A DNA stretch of 64,000 bases, taken from Malacoraja senta (Eukaryota). The DNA is taken from the NCBI GenBank assembly GCA_038087875.1, contig CM075991.1, positions 8,806,001-8,870,000 of the forward strand. Reading direction: 5' to 3'. Under the pieces are notes generated by a model. The model saw nothing but the letters and a program-made list of their open reading frames with translations. It was not told where the DNA came from and did not search any database. The position numbers were made by a program, and so were the translations under genes. Positions 11,521 through 23,184 of the stretch are shown piece after piece; the stretch's first letter is position 1, and the number at the start of each line of letters is the position of its first letter.

Positions 11521-12489
11521 ATAGATCTTACCTGGAACAGGGATTGTCCGAACGAACCATCACCACCATGTCGGCATCCCTTTGAACATCCACCAAGAGG
11601 CAGTACTGAATCAGCATAAGAAAATGGGAGAAGTACTGCCAGGAAACAGGGACAACGTATGCAACAGCCACAGCCACCAACGTACTGGAATTCCTGGCCC
11701 ATCTACACCATGATGAAGGGATCAGTTACAGTGCCATCAACACAGCGCAAAGTGCTCTTTCTGCTTATCTCAAACCAGCAGGACAACAGGTAATGGGATC
11801 CCATCCACTGGTGGTAAAACTGATGAAGGGCATTTATGATATCAAGCCCCTAAACCCAGGTATACCCATATTTGGGATATCAGTGTGGTCCTGACATACC
11901 TCAGGGAATGGCCACCAGCCAGATCCCTCAGCCTCGAGCAATCTACACTAAAGACGCTCATGTTGATGGCACTCGTATCCGCTCAGAGGGTCCAGTCACT
12001 ACACAAGTTAAGGCTGGACAACATGGTGACCACCCCAGATCAGATCACATTCATCATACCGGGTCTGGTGAAGCAAAGCAGGCCAGGAACAGCTAATCCA
12101 CTGGTGGTATTCCGGGCCTACCCACAAGAGCCACGGTTGTGTGTCGTGACCCATCTACAACATTATATAGACACAACCCACAATATCAGAGGGAGTGAAA
12201 AAGCCTTATGGGTCAGCCACAAGTAACCTCATGGCCAGGTAACGAGCCAAACCATTTCAAGATGGCTCAAACAGGTACTGAAGGCTGCCGGAATAGATAC
12301 TAATACATTTAAATCTCATTCCACTAGGGCAGCATCTACATCAACGGCCGACAGAATGGACGTACCAGTTGACCATATTCTGAATACAGCAGGATGGTCG
12401 AGGGAAACGACATTCAGAACTTTTATAATAAGCCGTTGATGAAACCTGATTTATTTGCAGAGAAAATATTACAAGCTGCAAATATTTAA
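11521..12489 (+). pseudogene. DIRS tyrosine recombinase
   Basis: SYSAINTAQSALS, HPLVVKLMKG, LVSAQRVQSL, KQSRPG, HSTR (12317-12328), AGWS; the catalytic Tyr codon is out of frame because a T is missing at ~12421; several stops. Confidence 0.92.
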
Positions 12490-12656
12490 GTTAAGCCCGG
12501 GGGAGCACTTTAATTTTGTTATTGTTAATAACTACCTTTTGTGTTTCTTGAGAAACAGATTCAGAGGTTGATTACGATAACACTTCCTCCCTCAAGAACT
12601 TTCGGCAGTGAGTGAAATAAAACTGTTACACGGTTTGAAATCACAGAGCTTTGAAA

Positions 12657-12769
12657 TCTTCACGAAGTCACTCACGTGACTCCGAAGTAAAATAGTAAGA
12701 TTAAACGAGAACTTACCAGTTTGAAGTTTGATCTGTATTTTATGAGGAGTTACGATGAGGGATTACGTG
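12657..12769 (+). repeat. DIRS internal complementary region (ICR)
   Basis: 12657-12693 is the exact reverse complement of 8338-8374; 12691-12769 is the exact reverse complement of 12918-12996. Confidence 0.95.
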
Positions 12770-14146
12770 CCCTCCGCTCCCACCCTCATTATATGGATCA
12801 AACTAATAAATTGATGTCTCCTTTTCTTTACTATGTTTACTTCAAATACCTGTGTCTATCTGTGATTCCACACCGCTGCTTGGAAGTATGCCGCGCCTGC
12901 GCACTGAGCGGGTTCTTCACGTAATCCCTCATCGTAACTCCTCATAAAATACAGATCAAACTTCAAACTGGTAAGTTCTCGTTTAATCTTACTATTCTAT
13001 TTCACAGCTCCAGAGACCCGGTTCGATCCTGACCTCGGGTGATGCAAATGCTTTGCCTGTAACTGCGTGGGTTTCCTCCAGGTGCTCTGGTTTCCTTGCA
13101 CATCAGTTCAGTTCAGTTCCTTTGAGTTTATTGACAAGTGTACCGAGGTACGGAGATGCTGCCTCACAGCGCCAGACATCTGGGTTCAATCCTGCCTATG
13201 GGTGCTGTGTGTGAGGAGTTTATACATTCTCACCATGACCATTTTTGGGTTTCCCTGGGATCTCACAGTCCAAAGGTGGAGAGGTTTGTCGGTTAATTGG
13301 CTCGGTATAATTGTACAAATTGTCTCTGGTGCGTGTTGGATAGTGCTAGAATACGGGGATCGCTGGTCGGCGCAGACTCGGTGGGCTGAAGGGCCTGTTT
13401 CCACGCTGTATCTCTAAACTAAACTAAGCTTCCCAGAGTGGATATCTATCTATTCAGTTCTGGGAAGCCACACAGCTAATTCCCTTTAAATTAGTTATTT
13501 CTCAGAGCATTATTCTGTCTGATCTTCACTGAGCTCTCTGACTGGAACCACATCTTGGTGCTTCTGCTACAGTCCTGGAAAATTTCACCTTTCACATCTT
13601 CCAGCAACGTCAGTAGTTAATATTGAAAAAAAACCCAATTCCGTTGCAGAGCAGAACATATTTGCGTCCACTACCCAAAACGGTTTAATCAAAACACCCA
13701 GAGCCACACAAAACTGTCCAGTATTTGGGGCAGCAAAGTGGCCCAGTGGTAGAGTTGCTGCCTCACTCTACCGCTCACAGAGACCCCGGTTCAATCCCAA
13801 CTACGGGTGCTGTCTGTATGGAGTTTTCACGTTCTCCTTGTGACCGTGTGGGTTTTCTCCTGGTGCTCCGGTTTCCTCCAAAGACGTATGTTAATCGGCC
13901 CTCTAAAAAATTGTTCCCAGTGAGTAGGATAACACTAGTGTATGGGTGATTGCAGGCCAGCACGGACTCAGTGGGACGAAGGGCCTGTTTCCCTGCAGCA
14001 TCTCTAAACTAAACTAAGAAAAGTGACATATTTTTCAACAGTTCACAAGTCGTGACAGCATGTTGTACATCCAGTTGCTCTTCACATTTTATTGATCGTT
14101 TTAAATCCTCTTTTTGACACATATTGTCCTGAACTCTGTGATCTTA

Positions 14147-14610
14147 AGGTCATAAGTGATAGGAGTAGAATTAGGCCATTCGGCCCATCAAGTCTACTTT
14201 GCCGGTAGACAAAACTGCTGGAGAAACTCAGCGGGTGCAGCAGCATCTATGGAGCGAAGGAGATAGGCAACGTTTCGGGCCGAAACCCTTCTTCAGACCT
14301 TCTACTTCACCATTCAATCATGGCTGATCTATCTCTCCCTCCGAACCCCATTCTCCTGCCATCTCCCCAAAACCTCTGACACCAGTAATAATCAAGAATC
14401 TATCTATCCCTGCATTAAAAATATCCACTGACTTGGCCTCCACAGCTTTCTGTGGCAAAGAATTCCACAGATTCAACACCCTCCTCATCTCCTTCCCAAA
14501 AGAACGACCTTTAATTCTGAGGCTATGACCTCTAGTCCTAGACTCTCCCACTCGTGGAAACATCCTCTCCACATCCACTCTATCCAAGCCTTTCACTGTT
14601 CTGTATGTTT
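14147..14610 (-). mobile_element. CR1-like LINE 3' fragment interrupted by a Penelope pLTR (14205-14300)
   Basis: [33 protein letters not shown]; the insert carries an intact minus-strand hammerhead core. Confidence 0.8.
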
Positions 14611-14934
14611 GTGATAAAGGTGCATGCTTGCTCGGATGCCATTGGGACCAGGTACATTGATATCACCAAGATCACACACAGACAGGGTCAGTGGTTGGTC
14701 CACGGATGACAAGTGCTGATCATTGGGAACATGTCAAATTTCAGGCTTTTGTGTGAGGTTTTGATAGTACGGGCTTTACCCATCACAGACACCAATGTGG
14801 GACCAACATGTGAGTGAATATACTGCCTTAACAAACCAGTGTCATAATCCATTGTAGGACCAACATAACTTGCCATGTAACCTCTCTCCATGATCGGGCC
14901 GGTATCACGCTGCTTTTAATGTGAGCCTGCAATG

Positions 14935-15602
14935 CATATATCGCTTGGGCAGCTTACAACCCACCGGTTTGAAGAAGGGTTTCGGCCTGAAACGTTGCCT
15001 ATTTCCTTCGCTCCATAGATGCTGCCTCACCCGCTGAGTTTCTCCAGCACGTTTGTCTACCCAGCGGTATGAATAATGGCTTCTCCAACCAAGTAACCCT
15101 TGCTTTCCCCCTCTCCCCCTCTCCCCATCCTAGTTCTCCGGCTAGTTTGACTGTCCTCCCGATTAAATGTAATCTTTCCACGCCTTGTTGTCACCTTCCC
15201 ATAGCCAACAATGATCTACTCTTAAATCTTCCTTGATCTCCGTCCCCTTTGATCTGTCATTGTCACACCTTGCCCTTCCGTGTGTCTCCCTCTCCCCTGA
15301 CTCCAGGTCTGGAGAAGGGTCTCGACCCGAAACATCACCCATTGCTTCTAAGGTAGACAAAAATGCTGGAGAAAAGCAGCGTGTGCAGCGGCATCTATGG
15401 AGCGAAGGAAATAGGCAACGTTTCGGGCCAAAACGTTGCCTATTTCCTTCGCTCCATAGATGCTGCCGCACCTGCTGAGTTTCTCCAGCATTTTTGTCTA
15501 CCTTCGATTTTCCAGCATCTGCAGTTCCTTCTTAAACCCATTGCTTCTATCCAGAGGTGCTGCCTGTCCCGCTGAGTTACACCAGCATTTTGTGTCTATC
15601 TT
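14935..15602 (+). mobile_element. Penelope-like 3' end with nested and fold-back pLTR pieces
   Basis: RLGSLQP/PSGMN C-terminal remnant, pyrimidine-rich UTR, degenerate hammerhead at ~15309, and inverted pair 15350-15535. Confidence 0.7.
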
Positions 15603-16447
15603 CCCTGCTGTGCATCAATTGGCTGCTGCATCGCCTCCAAAATGACAGTGACTGCACTTGGGAAAAATTCTCTGGGACAGCAGGTGAGTTTGTAGAAACA
15701 TTTTACCCCCCTTCATCTTTGTTCTAAGCCTGTCGACGACACTTGTTTTGTTGTTGCTTCCACATCCTAAGCCTTTGATGATCTCGATTTAAAATAAACC
15801 AGCTTGCTTGGAAATGGAGATCACCTAATGGTATGGATGTTGTTAATGAAAGGCAAGGCTCCTTTGCATGTTATTAAGACAGGTTAATCCGAGCAAGCTG
15901 TTCCGATCCGTAGGGACCTCAAATGTGATTTCAAAGGAAATTGCTTCTTTGAAGTTGATCTCGCCAGCTTCCCCGGTCTCGAACAAGTGTCACAACAATC
16001 CGGAAGTTACAGAAATCAATAATGTTTGCCATATCTGCGGGGGCAATGCAGGCACTTCAAAGGGGGAAGATCTTTCGGAGACGGCTCCGTCTTTCTCCCC
16101 ATGCTCGTGTTGGTTTGTCCAATAACTTGTGGCTTCAAATATAACAGCCGGCCTCAAGCAATGGGTCTTACGAAATAACGCTCGCTTTGATCAATAGATC
16201 ACAAGGTGCAGAATTAGATTCCACTGTGCCATGTTGAAAGTAGGCTGTTGCCTCTTGAAGCATTTGTCCTTGGCTCTGATGCACAATTTTAAAACCAAAG
16301 GAAATATTCCAGGAACATGTTTCCTTCATTTCTGTTCCAAGTCAATATGTTTTTCATGAAAGTTGACTGTGCTCTTCATCAATAAACCGTCTGGTTAGTA
16401 CTGATCGTACACTCTTACAGAGAGATGGGATTGTTGGCAACCCCAAC

Positions 16448-16487
16448 ATGGGTCTGAAGAAGGGTGTCGACCCGAAACGTCACCCGT
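16448..16487 (+). ncRNA. Minimal type I hammerhead ribozyme motif (Penelope-associated)
   Basis: Stem I ATGGGT/ACCCGT; core CTGAAGA; stem II GGGT-GTCG-ACCC; GAAA; loopless palindromic stem III ACGT; predicted cleavage after C16481. Confidence 0.7.
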
Positions 16488-17671
16488 TCCTTCCCTCCAG
16501 AGATGCTGCCTGTCCCGCTGAGTTACACCAGCAGTTTGTGTCTATCTAAGGGCAATAGAAGATTCAGGTAGTGTAGGAAAGAAATGCAGATGCTGGTTTA
16601 AATCGAAGATAGGAGAAAGGTCTCAACCTAAAAAGTCACCCATTCCTTCTCTCCAGTGATGCTGCCTGTCCTGCTGAGTTACTCCAGCTTTTTGTGACTA
16701 TCTTAGAAGATTCAGGTTGATCGCCCGAGGTAAATGGAACGTAGAACATAGAACAGTGCAGCACAAGAACAGGCCCTTCGGCCCACAACGTCTCTGCCCA
16801 ACATAATGCTGAAATCCTGCATTTGCCTTTACTCCCACCCAGACTCTCATACACACGGGGGAAAGTTTTTACAAAGGCCAATCAACCTACCAGCCTGCAT
16901 GTGCCTTGGGATTAGTTTAGTTTAGTATAGAGATACAGCAGGGAAACAGGCCCTCCGGCCCACCGAGTCTGCACCGACCAGAGATCTCCCAGTTCTATCC
17001 TCCACACTAGGGACAATTTACAAAAGGCAATTAACCTACAAAGCCCCACGTCTTTGGAATGTGGGAGGAAACCGGGGCTCCCCGGAGAAAACCCACGCGG
17101 TCACAGGGAGAACGTACAAACTCCATACAGTCAGGATCAACCCGGGTCTCTGCGAGGCAGCAACTCTACCCCAGCGCAAGTATGCCACCCTGGGAGGATG
17201 TTGGAAGAAGCCCACTTGGTCACAGAGAGAGCTTGAAAACTCCACACGTACAGCATTTGATCAGGATTGAACATAGGTCTTTGCGACTGCACATAATAAG
17301 TTCCCTGCATTTCCTTGTGCCTATCCAAAAGTTTCTTAAATGTGACTATGGTATCTGCCTCAACCACCAGCCCCACCAGTGCATGCATTCTGGGCACCTC
17401 AGTGTAAAAGAACTAGACTCCTTTAAACATTGCCCCTCTTTCCTTAAAGCTACGCCCTCTAGCATACGATTTCTCTATCTTGGGAAAAGGTTCTGACTGT
17501 CTACCCTATCTATGCCTCTCATAATTTGTATATACTTTTATCAGGTCTCCCTGCAACTTCTGTTGTTCCAGGGAAAATAATCCAAATCTGTCCAATCTCT
17601 CGCAGTAGCTGGCCCTCAAAGATGTGTGGGTTTGCAGGTCAATTGGCCTCTGTAAATTGCCCCAAATGTGT

Positions 17672-18096
17672 ACATAGAAACATAGAAAATAGGTGCAGGA
17701 GGAGGCCATTCGGCCCTTCGAGCCAGCACCGCCATTCATTGTGATCATGGCTGATCGTCCCCTCTCAATAACCCGTGCCTGCCTTCTCCCCATATCCCTT
17801 GACTCCACTAGCCCCTAGAGCTCTATCTAACTCTCTCTTAAATCCATCCAGTGACTTGGCCTCCACTGCCCTCTGTGGCAGGGAATTCCACAAATTCACA
17901 ACTCTCTGGGTGAAAAAGTTTTTTCTCACCTCAGTCTTAAATGACCTCCCCTTTATTCTAAGACTGTGGCCCCTGGTTCTGGACTCGCCCAACATTGGGA
18001 ACATTTTTCCTGCATCTAGCTTGTCCAGTCCTTTTATAATTTTATATGTTTCTATAAGATCCCCCTCATCCTTCTAAACTCCAGTGAATACAAGCC
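17672..18096 (-). mobile_element. CR1/HER1-like LINE 3' fragment
   Basis: [46 protein letters not shown]; near-identical to the copies at 25055-25650 and 57141-57543. Confidence 0.9.
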
Positions 18097-18784
18097 TATG
18101 GATGAGAAAGCTGGATAACAGAACCTGTGCGGACGGGAGATCCAATGGTCAGCATGGACTCAGTGGGCCGAAGGGCCTGTTTCCATATTCCATCTCTAAA
18201 CTGTAAATAAGCTTCAGGGCCGAGGGAAAAAAAGCCCCAGTTTTTTGATGGCAGAAAAGCTGGTGTAAGGCAATGAGAGTCTCTGAAAATGTCAAACATG
18301 AGTGATTAAACTGTGTCTTTAGTGCCGGGTGTAATAAACAGCGGCAGAGGCTGCCATTAACTGTGTTATGACAGTTAATAAGATGGTTCCTAAGGGGATT
18401 CAAGAGCAAGAGAGTCAGGAAGAGCTGGTTGAGCAAAGCATCTTTGGTATAAATGATTGTTGATGGAAGTAGATTGGGAGAGGAGAAATATCTTCTGCTG
18501 CATGCAATAAATATTTGAGCTCTGAACATAAGTGTACTCAGCTCCCCTCCTGAAATTTAGTTCCATTGGGGTCAATGGGATTTCAGAAATACAGTTCAAT
18601 GAGGCATGGATTATAGCTTCATGAATTTACCAGCTCAATAAAATAAGAGCCTTGAGAAGAACAAGAGGTATTCTGAGACATATACTGTGGATGGAGGCAA
18701 AATATGGTGTATCAGAAGAATCATAAGGTGGTGATAGTGCAGAAGGAGGCCATTCGGCCCATTATGTCCAAACTAGTTCTCTAC

Positions 18785-19093
18785 CAGTGTAACTCACTAG
18801 ACCGAAGATAGGCACAAAAAGCTGGAGTAACTCAGCGGGGCAGGCAGCATCTCTGGAGAGAAGGAATGGGTGACGTTTCGGGTCGGTTAAGGATAAGGGA
18901 AACAAGAGATATAGACGGTGATGTGGAGAGATAAAGCACAATGAATGAAAGATATGCAAAGGAAATAGGCCATTGTAAGCTGTTTGTCGGGTGAAAATGA
19001 GAAGCTAGTGCGACTTGGGTGGGGGAGGGATAGAGAGAGGGGGAATGCCGGGGCTACCTGAAGTGAGAGAAATCAATGTTCATACCACTGGGC
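18785..19093 (-). mobile_element. Penelope-like 3' end
   Basis: Minus strand CCCAGTGGTATGAACATTGATTTCTCTCACTTCAGGTAG (PSGMNIDFSHFR*), then UTR and the pLTR block. Confidence 0.7.
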
Positions 19094-19476
19094 AGATGGG
19101 GCTCGTCAGCCTGGGAAGGCAGTCCATCTAGGAGAGGGAAAACTCTGATTTAAAACCTCCACTGCCTTGTGGCCGTATCCAGTCATGGAAAAGGCTCCAG
19201 GAGTAAACCTCAAGAAAATCCGGAGTCGGAGCCCCGAAGGCAGTTCGTCATTGTCTACAACCTCGCTCTGGCAGCTCCTGCGACGGCGCTGGTGCCAAAC
19301 TGTAACGGCCCTGCTGTTCCTTTGGATCGATCGGCGACGTGGAGAGGGGGACGTGCTGCAAGGGGCAACAGCCTGTCCTCCATATGACATCGCCCAGGCT
19401 TGCATCCGACCACACATCACCTGCAAACCAGGATGCATCACCCATGGTCAGTCATGACCGAAGGGGGCGCCTACTA
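19094..19476 (+). mobile_element. Bipartite (internally deleted) RTE-like non-autonomous element
   Basis: 12-bp TSD ATACCACTGGGC (19082-19093, 19477-19488); RTE-like 5' UTR motif GGCAGTCCATCTAGGAGAGGGAAAACTCTGATTTAAAACC; 3' hairpin GGTCAGTCATGACC and (CTA)n tail. Confidence 0.7.
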
Positions 19477-19960
19477 ATACCACTGGGCTGTAAGGGGGAG
19501 GGAGGGGGGGTGGTAGGGGGAGGGGGAGGGGGAGGGGGGGCAGGGGGAGTGGTGGTGAAGATTCATCCCTTGACACCCTGCCAACAATATATGGAGGGGA
19601 GGTAATTTACAGTGGCTGTATGTGTTTGGGATGTAGGAGGAAGTCGGAGCCTCCAGCAAAATATCCAGGAAGAATACAGAAACGCCACACTGGCAGCATC
19701 CAAGGTTAGACTCAAATCTGGCTCACTGGAAATCCCAGGCAGCAGTGCCCTGTTCCTCTCATACACGCTCCCTGGGTTTCTCCCAGTCTCCCCCCATTTT
19801 TCACAATCTATTTCTGTATTTCTCACATTCTATATCTCTCCTAATCCCACTCTGTCTCCCCCCCTCAATCACACACACACACACACACACTCCATCTCCA
19901 CCCCCCACACACACTCATCTTTCTCACTCCCTCTCACTATCGCTCTGTGTCTCTCACTAT

Positions 19961-20434
19961 TAGGCACAAAAGGTCAAAATATGGGACAAAATTCCTGACG
20001 GCAATTCGTTGACCGACTCGGCCGGGTGCTGGACTGCACACAAAGCCCAGCTCGGCGGACCAGCTGAGGAGTTTTGGCCCGGGCAGAGTCCGGCACCCCG
20101 CCCAACTCATGAACCGATGATCGGCCACGAGAAGGAGGGGTGGTGGTGGTGTCGGCGGTAAGCGAAGGTCCGGGGGTCGGACAGTTGGCCGGGCTGCCGA
20201 CCGACCGATGGGGCCACGGGCGAGGCGCTGCTGCTGCTGCTGCTGCACTCCATGGGCTGCACTACGTCGGGACGGGTGAGGCGGGGCCGGACGCGGCGCT
20301 CCCCTCGACCCGACAGTCCCCTCGACCCCGAGTAGTAGCAGTCAAATACGGGACAAGGGCGGTCCGTTGGGGACAAACCAATTTAGCCCAATATACGGGA
20401 TGTCCCGGCTAATACGGGACAGTTGGCAACCCTA
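19961..20434. mobile_element. Non-autonomous hAT DNA transposon with damaged left TIR
   Basis: Right end ...GTTGGCAACCCTA (TIR TAGGGTTGCC); left end keeps only TAGG; 8-bp flanks CTCACTAT/CTCTCTAT (7 of 8 match); subterminal AATACGGGAC repeats. Confidence 0.7.
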
Positions 20435-20754
20435 CTCTCTATTTCTCTGTGCCTCTCACTCTGTCTCACACTCACTCACTCCCTGTCTCTCTCACACACC
20501 CTGACCCTCTCTCGCTCCATCCCTCACTCTCTCCCACACTCTCTATGTCTCTCACTCTTTTTCTCACTCTCTCATTCTATCTCTTTCTTTCTTTCTCTCC
20601 GTCTACAGCGGACGACGGCAGAGCCAAGATAAATTCCGTCTTCCCCTGATTAATTTACTTCCCGCATGGGTCCAACCCATCTGCTGATTAACCAGCTTAT
20701 CCATCTCAAGACAATGCAAAGGCCCTGGAGATTGAGTGTTGGGAGGTGATAAAT

Positions 20755-21143
20755 GAAGAAAGAAGGGTCTCGACCCGAAACGTCGCCCATTCCTTCTCTC
20801 CAGAAATGCTGCCTCACCCGCTGAGTTACTCCAGCAATTTGTGTCTACCTTGGATTTTACCAGCATCTGCAGTTCTTTCTTACACAAATAGAAAGGTAAT
20901 GTGTAGGAAGGAACTGCAGATGCTGGTTTAAACCGAAGATAGACTCAAAAAGCTGGAGTAGCTCAGCGGGACAGGCAGCATCTCTGGAGAGAAGGAATGG
21001 GTGACGTTTCGGGTCGAGACCCTTCTTCAGTGTAGTAGTGCGGAGTCTGAAGAAGGGTCTCGACCTGAAACGTCACCCATCCCTTCTCTCCAGAGACGCT
21101 GCCTGTCCCGCTGAGTTACTCCAGCATTTACTGTCCATCTTCA
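20755..21143. mobile_element. Three Penelope pLTR units (forward, reverse, forward)
   Basis: Repeated GAAGGGTCTCGACCCGAAACGTC...CAGCATCTGCAGTTC blocks in alternating orientation. Confidence 0.75.
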
Positions 21144-22713
21144 AAGAGAAGTGCATTCTTGAATAAAATATAATTATCAGCCCTTGATGCACCTCATGCA
21201 CGTTGCTCCATTGAAATGTCAAGGAGAATAAAGAATCCAGGCTTTGGAAGTGATCAATGGCAATTATGACACTATTTCCTGCATCTGCATTTACATGAAG
21301 GCACCTGCTATGCCTTGTCTTGCTTTTGATTCATAAATAGTACAAAGGTGACCATGAATAGTTTACCTTCCCGACAGAATCTGATTCTTCTTAGATATAA
21401 TATTGTAGGAGACATGACAATTACAAAAAAATATTCAATTAAATATGAGCATTCTTCATAAATTATTTATCCCCAATGTAATTGGCACTGACCTAACTTG
21501 TCATATTAAATTTGCTAGTGATTTGTTCTGCCTCTTTCTCTATATGCACTTTGTGAATCACATTTACTATTCTCTCCCTCTCTAACCCATTGAATGCACA
21601 CACATTTCCTGATATTTACGTACAACACCACACAGGGAGGCTATTCCACCCATTGAGTACATGCCTGCTCCAGCCCTTGCAATCTCCTCCATCGAATTCT
21701 CCCTTTTTCTGCATCGTTCAGCTCATTCTCTCTCCCACTCCCACCTTTTTATTAACTCATTCCTTTTGCTGCTGATCAGTGCAGGAGGCAATTTACAGCA
21801 GTCAATCAACCTACCGGACGTTCGTTGGGGATGTGGGAGGAAACCGGAGCATCCGGAGAAAACACACATGCGGTAACACGCCGAACGCGCAAACTCCGCA
21901 CAGACAGCAGCTGAGGTCAGAATCGAACCCAGGACCCACATGCTTCGGAGCTGTGAGGTGGCAGCATTAACTGCAAAGTCACTAGGCAGAGATCTAGACT
22001 CTTTGCGTACTTATCCCAGAAGAGGATTAGAGTCAGAGAGTCATACGGCGTGGAAACAGGCCCTTCGGCCCAACCTGTCCATGCTGACGAAATGCCCTTT
22101 CTGCACTAGTCCCACCTGCCTGCTCTTGGCCCATATCGTTCTCAACCTATCCTCTCCATGTACCTGTCCTAATGTCTTTTAAATGTTGTGAGAGCACCTG
22201 TCTCAACTTCCTCTTATGGCAGCTCGTTCCATATACCCCCCAACATTTGTGTGAAAAATTTACTATTAAATCTTTCCCCCCCTCACCTTAAATCGGTTCT
22301 TAATTATACAATGTCTGTGCCGAACATAATACCAAGACCATTTCCTATCTAACTGCATTATCCGTATCCCTCCATTCCTTGCATATCCATATGCCAATCC
22401 AAAATCATCTTGAATGCCACCATCATATCTGCCTTAACCACCAACCCTGGCAGCATGTTCCAGGCATTCACCACTCAGTGTAAAAAAGTTATTAATACAC
22501 AGCATTTTATAATGCAATTGGATAACACACAAACACAAGCTTTTCACTGTACCTCGCTACACATGGCAATAAAAAAATCAATACTAATGCCAATACTGCT
22601 GTATCATCGAGCCACCCCTCTCTCTCCCCTTCTCCCTCTCCCTCTCCCTCTCCCTCTCCCTCTCCCTCCCTTCTCCGCCTCCATAAGCTCCATAAGTTCT
22701 CGGAACTGAGTTA

Positions 22714-23021
22714 TGGGGCTGTCCCACTGTACGAGCTAATTCAAGAGTTCTCCCGAGTTTCCCCCGATTCGAACTCGGAGATTTACGGTAATGGCCGCCC
22801 GTCGGTACTCGGGGCTCTCGTGGACATTTTTCAACATGTTGAAAAATCTTCACGAGTCTTCCCGAGCTTACCGCGTTTCCCGAGTACCTGCCGTTAGCGT
22901 AATGGGCCGCTAAGAGACGTCCTGAGCTCCGACGTACCCGCTACGTACATTCTCCACGAGTTTGATTTTTTTTTAAACTCGGGAGAGCTCTTGGGTGAAC
23001 TCGCAGAGTGGGACAGGCCCA
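22714..23021 (+). mobile_element. Harbinger-type MITE family A inserted in a CR1 tail
   Basis: TIRs with TTA TSD (22711-13, 23022-24); removing the element restores GAGTTAGGCCATTC of the CR1 3' end. Confidence 0.85.
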
Positions 23022-23184
23022 TTAGGCCATTCAGCCCATCAAGTCTTCCCCTCCATTCAATCTATCTCTCCCTCTCAACCCCATTCTCCTTCCTTCTCCC
23101 CATAACCCCTGATACCCGTACTAATCAAAAATCTGTTAATCTCCACTTTAAAAATATCCATTGACTTGGCCTCTACAGCTGTCA

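Larger units (their letters stand above)
8338..12996 (+). mobile_element. DIRS-type tyrosine-recombinase retrotransposon, complete termini, decayed ORFs
   Basis: Inverted terminal repeats 8367-8398/12890-12921; ICR 12657-12769 complementary to both extreme ends; ATT at both boundaries; gag-RT-RNaseH-MT-YR domain order. Confidence 0.95.

Noticed and set aside
15868..16125. 85-aa ORF as a host exon
   Set aside because: No recognisable protein similarity or clear splice context; the motif content fits a regulatory role better.
18290..18390. Homeodomain/Meis/Fox-like motifs in unique AT-rich islands (also 46750-47320, 61690-61870)
   Set aside because: Short motifs are expected by chance; cannot be supported without conservation data.
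19094..19160. Possible HDV-like ribozyme at the RTE-like 5' end
   Set aside because: Stems exist, but there is no pyrimidine-rich L3 and no catalytic C/J4-2 ahead of a P2' strand.
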